Made by a program: the position numbers and the translations under genes
Assembly (NCBI GenBank): GCA_020137815.1
Contig: CM035352.1
Span: 8,308,001-8,372,000, forward strand
Direction of reading: 5' to 3'
DNA: 64,000 bases
Source: Hormiphora californensis
Lineage: Eukaryota; Animalia; Ctenophora
Part shown: positions 49,932 to 61,900 of the stretch, in pieces
Numbering within the stretch: position 1 is the first letter of the stretch
How the letters are laid out: every line of letters starts with the position of its first letter
The notes under the pieces: model-generated
What the model saw: the letters and a program-made list of their open reading frames with translations, nothing else
Told to the model about the DNA's origin: nothing
Database searches by the model: none

Positions 49932-52900
49932 ACTTGCCATTAATTCATCCTTTCTTCTTCCTTGGTTCTATCCTCATATTACCACGAGGACATAATATCA
50001 TGTTAGAGATTCCTGCAAAAAGCAAACAAACAAATCCCCTCTCAATCCTGGTATTCCTTGTATTCCACTTCACCATATCTAATCACTCCTTATTCAACAG
50101 GATGGAGGTGGGAAGGTGAATCTAGATTACAAATCCTACATGAGACGGGAGTGTGTTATGGGTATACCAGGGAAGCCCGGTTCGGAGAGGTGTGGGTGTA
50201 GAAGACCTCTAGAGGGACATAACGAAGTGAAACACGAGGTGGATGGATGGAACATGGAGGGGACATACTGAGAAACTACCAACCAGTGAGTTGGGATTGG
50301 GATGAGGTGCAGTAGTGATGCAACTGTAGTTTCAAAATTCAGAACTCTGGTGGAATTGAAAGGGATCACAATAGGATCGACCCCTTCCTGTAGAGTAGCC
50401 CATTCATATCCCCCCTTTATAGATGCATTTGGTAAAATAAAGTTTTACGGGAGTGAACAAAAGTCCAAGTACATTCGATTGGATGTCGATACTGATTCTG
50501 CTAAATTGGGGACCCTGATTTCTGATGTTTTCAACCTTTCTACGCCAGGTTAGTCAATAAAGTTGTTTGTTGAAACTTGAACAAGGGGTGACAAAATATT
50601 GTTATTTGAGGGTAACTTCCCCTGTTTTTATCCGTCGTTTGGTTCTCCAGATGTGCATGGAACTTGTTTCAAGCGGCAATCCAGCACTTCCCCCCATAAA
50701 CCAGGTCACACGTCTCGCCCCCTATATCAGTCCAGTCCAGCATCCTCGCCCTATAATGTATCAGTCCAGCATCCCCGCCCTCTTATATCAGTCCAGCATC
50801 CCTCGAGCCCGCTCTAGCCTCTCGGCTATAGCGTGCAGCTTGTATGGCGCCAAATATTCTCAAGATGGAGCCAAGTTGTGTTTAGTTAGAATCGTGGGGC
50901 ACCGTTTATAGCTCACTTGAAATCCCATGAATCCATCCCAGGTTCCTAATGATCGTTACCATGGTTACCCCTCCCCTCAGGTGTGATTATATCTGTGAAA
51001 GGGTCATTATTGGGGTTCTCTGTGACCAACAAAGTGGAACAGGTGATTAAACGTGGTCTAATCAAGGCTGCTATGACAACCAATGGCTGGATTACTACCT
51101 CTGGGATTAATGCAGGGTAAGGAGCTATTAGTACTAGTAATTGTGTTAAATTAGTAGAAACGTTAGTAATCAATTAGTGCACCAATAAACTTAAAACTTA
51201 TTGACCTCAAATAACAAAATGTCCACGTTCTGGTGTACTAAAGTTTATCCCCCACCCCCCAGTTATGTAAAGCCGATAGGTCAAGCTATTCGTGAGCACA
51301 ACCACACCGTTCCCTGTATCGGGTTCTCCTCCTGGGGAACCCTCCCTGAAGAGGTCAAGGAATCCCTGACTGTCTCCTCGGTAGAGGATCTCACCACTGG
51401 GGACCACACTGCCCACTACCCTCGCATCAAGGTTCGTTATGTTACCATGGTAACCACACTGCCCACTACCCTCGCATTAAGGTTTGTTAGGATGCGTGTT
51501 ACCATAGTAACCACACTGCCCACTACCCTCGCATCAAGGTTTGTTAGGATGCGTGTTATCATGGTAACCACATTGCCCACTACCCTCGCATTAAGGTTTG
51601 TTAGGAATCATGTTATTGTTACCATGATAACCAGACAGCTCACTACCCACAGATACCCGCTGCTACCAACTAACCTCCACCCCTCCAACAGATTGAAGCG
51701 GGTACGAAAGTAGAGACCCTGGAAAGTAACCACACCCACCACATTCTCTCTGATACCGGAACTCTCTATGATTGGGGTACTGAATCTGCACTGAGAGCCA
51801 AATGGGAGGCGTACATGCGGGACGAACTGAATGTGAGTAAATTTAGTTGTGAGCAACTTTCTTAAAAGTAATTACTCCATTTGTAAAACAGAGGGGTTTA
51901 CAGAACATCCTTACAAATACGAAGGGCCGTTACCAATCTTTTCCAAGTCCCCTCCCTCCTCACTTCACCTCTCATTATTCCCAGATTCCTGTAGTGATGG
52001 TGGCAATGCAGGGCAGTATCGGGGCTACCCAGTTCCTGACATCGGGTCTCCGTGCTGGAACACCAGCTGTCATTATCAGCGGTTCTGGAGGTGTATGTGA
52101 CGTCATAGTGAACATGTCCAAACACTTCAGACAAATCGGCAAGGTAAGCAAAAGAGGGGAGATAGAGGGTGTTCGATTTACTAATCATACTGCTTTACAG
52201 CTGTCTAGAAGTAATGGTAACCATGTTTACATCAGTCTGGTAACCATGGTTACAGCTGTCTGGTAACCATGGTAACAGCTGTCTGGTAACCATGGTAACA
52301 CATCCTATTTCCACCACAGGGTAAGCCTGAGATGGCCATTAAAAGAAGCTTACAACGACGGAAAAGTGTTGAGGATATTCAGTTTGCTGAGATTTGCACG
52401 TGTGCCTCAGGCAACCTTAGCAAGAGTTGCCCTGTCGCATCCCTTATACTGGATCAGGGAGCATTTGGGAGCTATACCGTGAGTCAGCCTCCTGATGTTT
52501 TAAAAGCCGTTCAATTAATCCATCTACTCGCGCTATATAAATCGAACTAAGCCACTGCGTTGTCACCCTTGGTAACCATGGTAACCCTTGCACCGGCCTC
52601 ACCCCACCCCGGTTACCATGGTAACAAATACCCTCCACCACCCTGGTAACCCATTATATACTCTCACCCACACAGAGAGGCAACGAGGAGTTTATAGCGA
52701 ATGTGTTTGAGATTGTTAGTGAACACCAGGATCTATTGATCATGTTTAGTTTGGAGGATGACCATTATGATGGACTGGATGCTGCGCTGTTAGAGGCACT
52801 TGTTAAGGCGCAGGTATTTCGTAATCTTCCTAATTTCTTCTATCTCTCTCAATCTTCCTAATTTTTGTCTTCTATCTCTGTCTTTCGGACTCTTATCTAT

Positions 52901-55900
52901 TATATGTTCTCTTTTCAATTATCTTTTTCCTGCTCTTTTTCTGAAACTCATCTCGATATATTGATATTCCTCTCAGCAATCCAAAGAGCAAGGTCCCATG
53001 GTATCGCCCTCCAACGATTGGCAAAAAGCCAACCTGTCCGGTGTCCAGGTGGCTCTCGGTTGGAACAGACCTGATTTTGCAGAGCGCCTTCTCAAAGCGG
53101 ACACCAGTGTCAAGGATCAACTAGCTCTAGGTTGGGTTCCCCTCCACATTGTGTTGTTTTTTGTTGTTCAACAATCAAGACATTCATCATTCAACCCTGT
53201 CCTTCTCTCTCTACAGGGACGATCCTAATCCATGCTCTGGCTTGGAACTTGTTCGAGTTTACCGAACTGCTAATGTCCCATGACGCTAGCGTTCCCATGG
53301 TAGCCGCTAACGCTGTAGCTCTGTACAACCTTAGTAACCGATCAGAACACCTCAAGAGATTCCTCAGGTAACCAGCAGCTGCCCTAGTAACGGCCCTAAT
53401 CAAACTTATTGCCAACTGGAAATGCGAAGAATTATAAACGTTTGAGAAAGAGAAAAACAGTCAGAGCGTCCTCCCTTCTTTATTTACTCAACAACCCCTT
53501 TTTAGGTACAACTTGGATGTTGAAGTTGCAGAGTTTTCGAAAGAAACCATCGACATGATGATAAACAAACTGGTTGGACACAGTAAGTATGACGTCATGG
53601 TGGTAACCATGGTGGTTACCATAGTAACCGATAAAACACCAGTATAACAATTTCAGAGCACAACTTCAACTCCAACGTGTCGAATGAAGGAGATGCCTAC
53701 TTTGAGGTCATGGTATGGGCAGCTCTCTCTTTATATCCTGACGTTGCCTACAAGATGTGGCAGGGAACCCAGGAACCAATCAAATCCGCCCTGTTTGTCC
53801 TAAACATGCTCGACACACTGGCTTATGCTAAAGGGGTAGGTTGTTATTTCCCAAACCCTCAGTGTACGGTTTATCTCTCTCAACCCCACCACCCCTCACC
53901 ATCGTCCATCCAGTACGATCATCATATTACACAGGTTGTAGTACACGGTCACGAGAGGACGATTGTGGTAGGGATGCGGGCTGAGTTTGAACGTCTCGCT
54001 ATTGCCATCCTACAAAAGATGTACACATCTGATGCCTCCGTGAGTTGTGTCATGTTGCCATGGTTACCCTTTATTTGTTGATCATTTTAACCATAGTAAC
54101 AAGTTATATTCAAATGGATGGTTGGTCAATGGCCGTAGTCATAAGCCAAGTAACTGTATCCCTGTTCAAACTAATTCTATCCGGTATCTGATTTGTTCTA
54201 ACCCTCCTCATTTCATTTGTAAAGGTCTGTGAGAAGGCACTAAAGTCGGTTTGGGCGAGGTATGATAACCTCACATACATTGACCTGGCATATCGAGCAC
54301 ATGCACGGGATTTTATAGCCCACCCTGCATGTCAGGAGATCTGTGAGCGGCGCTGGAAAGGGGATGTTATATCCGAGGTTTGATAGTTGTTGACTTTCAA
54401 AGTAGATACTAAATAATACCGATTTTCTGTTAATTCCCATATTTTTTCCGCTAACTAATTGAGATACTAAATCCCATCAATTATAGGTGAACGTTATTAA
54501 AGTGTTGTTATGCACCCTCTGCCCCTTACTGCTCCTATTTCCCGTCCTCTCCTTTCGAAGTGATGGCACAACCAAACAGCGGTCCTTGGTCTCACGATTC
54601 CGTGGCAACTTCAAGGTGGGTTCTGCAGTTGTTGAACTATTAGCTTAAATGAACCATAAATATACCGGATCGGCTGCAATGAGCACTATACTATTATCTT
54701 ATCGAAATCGGTTAAGAAATAGGGAATAAATTTTCTTCCACATGCAAAGCGGGATTTTGGTGGCAACAAAATAAAAACGGGGTTTGAACAGCAATAAATC
54801 GGATATACAATACATACATTTTTATTAACAAAATAAATATTAAAATAAATATTTTAAATATTAAAAAGCAAGTTAGCTTTTATGTTATAGATTCGTACAG
54901 CTCAGCCAAATATATCTCTTTTGCAACATCTGATGTCATCAATATCAAGCTATAGCAGATCTATGAAACATAATGTTCTTTAAAGATTTTAGTAGCATTT
55001 TTTATCGTTGTCTAATCTGTAAATTGTAAATAAGGTCCGCTTGATGGAAATATTATTTTTTTAGTTTCCTTTTTTCCTCTTTTTTTTCTCCTTATTTAAT
55101 AAACCGCACGTAATCCACTATTGTCCTACCAGCGGCCAGACACTCTTAGATGTGAAACATATTTGAACGACAAGGGTCGTGCAGCTTACTGATTTTATTC
55201 TTTATTTTATATTTATTTATCGTCCAGTCTGGGGGTACGCAAAAGTGTCTGAATACTGGCGCCTGAACAGATTCGCTGACCACACTGGTAGAGAGTCAGT
55301 AATACCTCAATACCACATTGTAGCGAGTCAGCAGATACCTCAATACCGCATTGTACAGAGTCAGTATAGATACCTCAATACCGCATTTCCTTTCTCCGGA
55401 GTGTTCTGGCATTCTTGGTAAAGGCGAGATAAAGGAGTCCGTTGATGAGGGAGGCTGTTGTGGGCCACAAATTATGGGCCAGATAAGATCCTATAAACGG
55501 GGTTACCAAAGTATCCAATTCCACCGTAGATTTCATGTCCTGCGTCTTATAGGCGAATGGTTTAGCCACTATAGTGTAAATGAAGATACCCATTGAGACA
55601 GTGCTGTTGAAGTTCAGTATGGATATCTTGATTGTGCCATTTAGAGAGCGCTTCTGTCCACCAATAGGATGTCTGTAAAGCCATATCAGGTATGAGAGTG
55701 TTAGACAAGTTGAGGTGATGCCTAGAAGGTTAACCACCCCGATTGATGCGAGCAGGTAGATGAAATAAAATGGGCCGCCTATATAGGGGAAATCAATGCC
55801 GAAGATGACAGGTTTCAGGGTGTATGGCCATCCCTTGGTGACCAAGTATGCTATGTAGAGGGGTGGGTAGAGGATAGAAAATACAGTCCCCAGCAGGATG

Positions 55901-58900
55901 TATTTCAATGGTAAGTGTGCGAAGGGCCAACGGATTTGAATGAATCGCACCGTTGCAAAAATGGCTGTTATCATGATTGGTGCGTACTGTAAAGTGTAGA
56001 CCATTAATGAGACGGATAGGCCGAAGATACTTGGATTGATTCTTTTTGAATACAATATATAGTAGTCCTCGCACAGCACATCCGAAATGTTAAATGTGAG
56101 GAAGTTCTTGACCATACCACAATTGGGATCTTTCTCAGCCCAAAGTGCGGATAGTGCTACCGGAGAAAGGACCACACTGGAAAGCAGATCCGAGCATGCT
56201 AGGATTATGTAAAGAACCTGAGAAATGGAATACTTTTTGTAGTAGTTGTGCCGGATTACCATTGCGTTTAAAGGGGCAGATACCAACGCCAAGCAAACAA
56301 GAATCTGGAACACACCAAAGTCAGGAAAACTCGTTTTTCCTTCACTGAAAACTGCCATGTCTGAAAGACATGTAATTGTCTGTATTACAAAAGTCGTGAG
56401 TTTAAATTGTTGTTATCAAATACAGGGTGTTCATTTTGGATCTTTACAAGCGTTGGGCTTCACCCAGAAAAAAGGTGACAAGATTAGGTCATGAAACTTC
56501 ATACTTGGACTATTCTATACCCTCATTCAAAGTTCCTGGGGGTTTTGGAGCTTTAGGACCCCGGGAAGTGTGTTTTTGGCATCAAAACTACCAGAAGGAA
56601 TTTTTTGCTGGTGCTGAGACTTTGCCAAAATGTTTTTTGGGTATTTTCTATGTCAATCCCAAAGTTTCATAGAGATTGGATGTGTTTTTCGGACTCAAAA
56701 TTTCTATAAAAGTGGCTGGAAAGGCTCGAAAACAGCTCAAAAACGGCTAAAATTGAGTCTTTCCAGTCACTTTTTACGAAATTTTGAGTCTGAAAAACAC
56801 ATCCAATCTCTATGAAACTTTGGGATTGACATAGAAAATACCCAAAAAACATTTTAGCAAAGTCTCAGCACCAGCAAAAAATTCCTTCTGGTAGTTTTGA
56901 TGCCAAAAACACACTTCCCGGGGTCCTAAAGCTCCAAAACCCCCAGGAACCTTGAATGAGGGTATAGAATAGTCCAAGTATGAAGTTTCATGACCTAATC
57001 TCGTCAACTTTTTTCTGGGTGAAGCCCAACGCTTGTAAAGATCTAAAATGAACACCCAGTACAATATATTTAAAAACTAGTCCCAGCCGACTGTATAAAA
57101 GCATAACACAGTACTATTCAATCACTCGTTGTATTTAGTGGAAGCAACTAAAAGCTTATTACTCAAGAAAAATCTGTCAGAGCATTGGCCTGACCGGACT
57201 GCGGTCAGAGCATTGGCCTGACCGGACTGCGGTCAGAGCATTGGCCTGACAGAGGACGCCAGCTCTTACATAACATATCTTCATCATCATATCCACGGGC
57301 CATTTAAATGATGAAACCTTTGCTCTTACAGCATTTATCCTTTTAAGTTGAATATTCCCAGAGATAAACGGTCACGTTCTATGCTTGAGAAACATTTATA
57401 AAGGATGTGTGCGGTTAAACTGGAAGAGGGTAAAACAAATTGGTACCACTTAATAAGTTTTAGACAGGAGAAACAACATATCTTTATGCTGGTAAAAAAG
57501 TGAAAAAACATTCTCAGGAAAAAAACTTCTCTCACACTTGACATCTCTGTGTGCTCGCAACCACAAGGGATTTACACGTACACAGTACTGAGTACTGTCA
57601 AGCATGCTTATACGACCAGCCTCTTCACTTTACCGCAGCTGTATGAGACTAATACTATTATCAAAATGTGGCATTTCCCCACCGACGATAAGATAATGAT
57701 AGTGTTCACCCTGCAGTGGTATAAGTCGGTCCGGTCCCGATTACTAAATATCATATAAGTCTTCACTTGAAACTTAGCCAACTTGAATTAGTTACTCTAT
57801 TTCACGTTGTTGTGTTGCCCAGATAAGACTCACCACTATACATTTCCAGGCGTACTACTCCAGTCCTAGCGTTAAGTTCTGGTTTGCTACCATACTGTAC
57901 GCTGCATTTGTTGGATTCCAGACTTATGTGTTTCTCAGAATTATTGACAATCCAGTAAATGGGGTCTACACAAACATTCCTACCAGGGTAAGTAATATTT
58001 GTTGGGGTCTACACAAACATTCCTACCAGGGTAAGTAGTATTTGTTGGGGTCTACACAAACATTCCTACCAGGGTAAGTAGTATTTGATGGGGTCTACAC
58101 AAACATTCCTACCAGGGTAAGTAATATTTGTTGGGGTCTACACAAACATTCCTACCAGGGTAAGTAGTATTTGTTGGGGTCTACACAAACATTCCTACCA
58201 GGGTAAGTAGTATTAGTTGGGGTCTACACAAACATTCCTACCAGGGTAAGTAGTATTTGTTGGGGTCTACACAAACATTCCTACCAGGGTAAGTAGTATT
58301 TGTTGGGGTCTACACAAACATTCCTACCAGGGTATGTAGTATTTGTTGGGGTCTACACAAACATTCCTACCAGGGTAAGTAGTATTTGTTGGGGTCTACA
58401 CAAACATTCCTACCAGGGTAAGTAGTATTTGATGGGGTCTACACAAACATTCCTACCAGGGTAAGTAGTATTTGTTGGGGTCTACACAAACATTCCTACC
58501 AGGGTAAGTAGTATTAGTTGGGGTCTACACAAACATTCCTACCAGGGTAAGTAGTATTTGTTGGGGTCTACACAAACATTCCTACCAGGGTAAGTAGTAT
58601 TTGTTGGGGTCTACACAAACATTCCTACCAGGGTAAGTAATATTTGTTGGGGTCTACACAAACATTCCTACCAGGGTAAGTAGTATTTGTTGGGGTCTAC
58701 ACAAACATTCCTACCAGGGTAAGTAGTATTTGTTGGGGTCTACACAAACATTCCTACCAGGGTAAGTAATATTTGTTGGGGTCTACACAAACATTCCTAC
58801 CAGGGTAAGTAGTATTTGATGGGGTCTACACAAACATTCCTACCAGGGTAAGTAGTATTTGATGGGGTCTACACAAACATCCCTACCAGGGTAAGTAGTA

Positions 58901-61900
58901 TTTGATGGGGTCTACACAAACATTCCTACCAGGGTAAGTAGTATTTGTTGGGGTCTACACAAACATTCCTACCAGGGTAAGTAGTATTTGTTGGGGTCTA
59001 CACAAACATTCCTACCAGGGTAAGTAGTATTTGTTGGGGTCTACACAAACATTCCTACCAGGGTAAGTAGTATTTGTTGGGGTCTACACAAACATTCCTA
59101 CCAGGGTAAGTAGTATTTGTTGGGGTCTACACAAACATTCCTACCAGGGTAAGTAAATTACTTACTAAGTAATGTTAGTTGAATGTTGGGGTTTACCTAC
59201 TTACTCAAAAAAGTACTGCAATATAATAATAATAAACAATCATTGATTATACGTTTGGCAGGTCTCCTAATTAGATCGGGGATCGGTAATATCAGGATCA
59301 AGTTGTCACAGTCATCTTACCCCGCCCCTAGGTGGTATATGTGGTATGGTTGCTGCTCTATGTCCTGGACGAGTTAATCCAAATTAAAATGACGCCCTTC
59401 CAAGATTGGGTGAACAACATTTTCAACAGGGTCGACATGTTCATGTACCTAACCGTTATTACTGGCATTATCCTCTGTCACATTCCCACAGAAGCTGGTA
59501 AGTTCACTTCAATAACTTTGCGGCAAATAAGTTCACTTCAATAAATTTCCGGCTAATAAATCAATATTTTACCAATCTTCACAATATGGGTATTATCTTC
59601 TGTTCACCCCTCCAGGTTCTGATACAGCAGATGCAAGTTTGCGTATAACATACGATACGGGGAGGATTTTCCTCTCCCTTGGCTCCATTTGCTTTTTCCT
59701 CCGGTTTCTCCACTCCTTTACAATTGACTCCACCCTGGGCCCTACCATCATGATGATCAGAATGATGTTATACGACTTCAAAGTAGGTGCTCGATCATGC
59801 CTCTTCACTATATTGTCACATGACCATACCACGTGACCATGACATCACGTGACCATTATATCACGTGACCATTATATCACGTGACCATTACATCACGTGG
59901 CGTCACGTATTTTACTCCCTCAGGTGTTTCTATTGATGTTGGTTATTGTGGCTGTAGCGTTTGGTGTTGGATATACCATTGCTCTAACGGACCCAGATCA
60001 GTGGAAAGACAACCAATCCCAGCTGGCTGGAGGGATCTTCTACTACACATACTTTCAGGTGATCTTCCTTTCAGAGCATTGGTCTGACCTGTATTCGCGA
60101 GCACCGCAGTCAGAGCATTGGCCTTACAGTGTTCCTCAGCTAAGTTGTAGAAATTACAGCTGAGTGTATTTAAAGAGTCCCTGTCCTGTCGCAGCACCAT
60201 ATTTGTAGTCGTACATTTTTTAATCGGTTTAGCATTTTCGCTATTCATAAACCACCAGTCCCAGCTTATAGTTGATGTGTGTGTGTTTTACTTTTTAGTA
60301 GAACCCGGCCATTATGATAACATTTGATCATGGTCATATTTGATCCTACCACGATATATCGTGATATTCACAAGGATCAAATACTGCTGCTGCTGTACTC
60401 CTACCTCACGCATTTCTCTCAGATGTTTGGAGAGCTATTTGTGGAGGATTTGAGGGAGGGAGCCGAGTCGGCAGATGATGATCAGAAACATTTCATAGAA
60501 ACGAAACAAAACGGTCGCCATGGTTACACAATCGGTTAGTAAAGATCACATCTCTGTATTTTTCCTTGATTCACGACTCTCTGGGAGCTATTAAATATTT
60601 TAAGTCTTGGCTTTCCTGATTTGTACCCCTCACTCAGACTGAGTGACACCCCCCTATCTCCCCTCTATCGTTATTTGTTGTGGGCGTGTACAGCAGCTCT
60701 ACTATCAAACACCCCATCTCCATTTGGTATCGAAGATACCTCACACTCTTCTCGCGCTGGCAAGGGAGGGGTAACTTCGTTACCAAATCTCCAGACTCCA
60801 GCTCCTTCCTCTCGTCTCTCTCCGGGTTTGAACAAAACACTTCGACAGCTCTACATTAAAACACCCCCCCCCCCTGCAGGTATAGTTGGGGTGTACATGG
60901 CAATAGTTGTGCTCATGTTGGTTAACATCTTGATCGCCATGTTCTCCGACACATATACCCGGGTAAAGGATAGAGAGGACATCATCTTCAAATTCCAACG
61001 ACTCGAACTGCTCCTGGTAAGAATTATTTCAAAATCAACCAGACTCCTGGTAAGATGTAGTGTACCTTTCTGAGAGATACTGTTAAGAGTGCTGAGTGAA
61101 TTATTTCAAAATCAAATGTTAGCATACAAATCAACGTTCTACGTTGCACTTGCAACTTGCAGCAACATATGCTATGAGAGGGGCATAAAATCAAATTTGT
61201 TGGACGTTGGTGTTATCTCTTTTTTTTTCTCCTCTCCCCCGGTTCATGTCTCACTCTCTCCCATGTATGTCCGTTTCATTTTCTGTTTTCACTATTGCTA
61301 TACCTCCTTTTGGGTTTCCTAGTAGATGCCAGATGGTAGAGAGAAAGAAAGAAATAGAGAGAGAGAAGGCCATTGTTTCCTCCTTATTACTACACATGTA
61401 CATTACCAACGGTCTGCTGAGCAGACTCTGCTCACATATTTATACCTTGTTAGTTGGACGGTAGAAACAACTCTTGTTTTCTCCCTGTGTGTTAGTGAAA
61501 CTCAGGCTACCCAATACTTCATATTGTACTCACGTTTGCTATTGAGTAGGTGCATGTAGTGTACATCAACCCTCCGTTACTGTTTTTCTTGTGTATTACT
61601 ATTAGCAGCCCACTCTCTTCCTGCTTTGTTCACCCTCCCCACTCCCCCGTGTTATCGCAGCTCCCCTATGTTTCCAGTCTGAACATGTCGTCTCCCCCAT
61701 TTCCAGGAATCCGAGAGAAACTATCTGGCCCCTCCCTTTAATTTGGCACACCTCCTGGCACGTGCCATCTGTGGGCGGAGCGAGAGGGACATGTTCTCTC
61801 ACGACAAGTGGAAGGATACAGTAATTCGATCAGCAGTACTTGATTCGCTTGAGGTAGAATTTTTAGTTTTTTAAACTTTTAAACGTAAAATACAATTTTG

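Noticed and set aside
57960-59155. CRISPR-like appearance of this and other arrays (19290-20015, 36131-40340)
   Set aside because: Head-to-tail repeats without unique spacers, no cas genes, eukaryotic context
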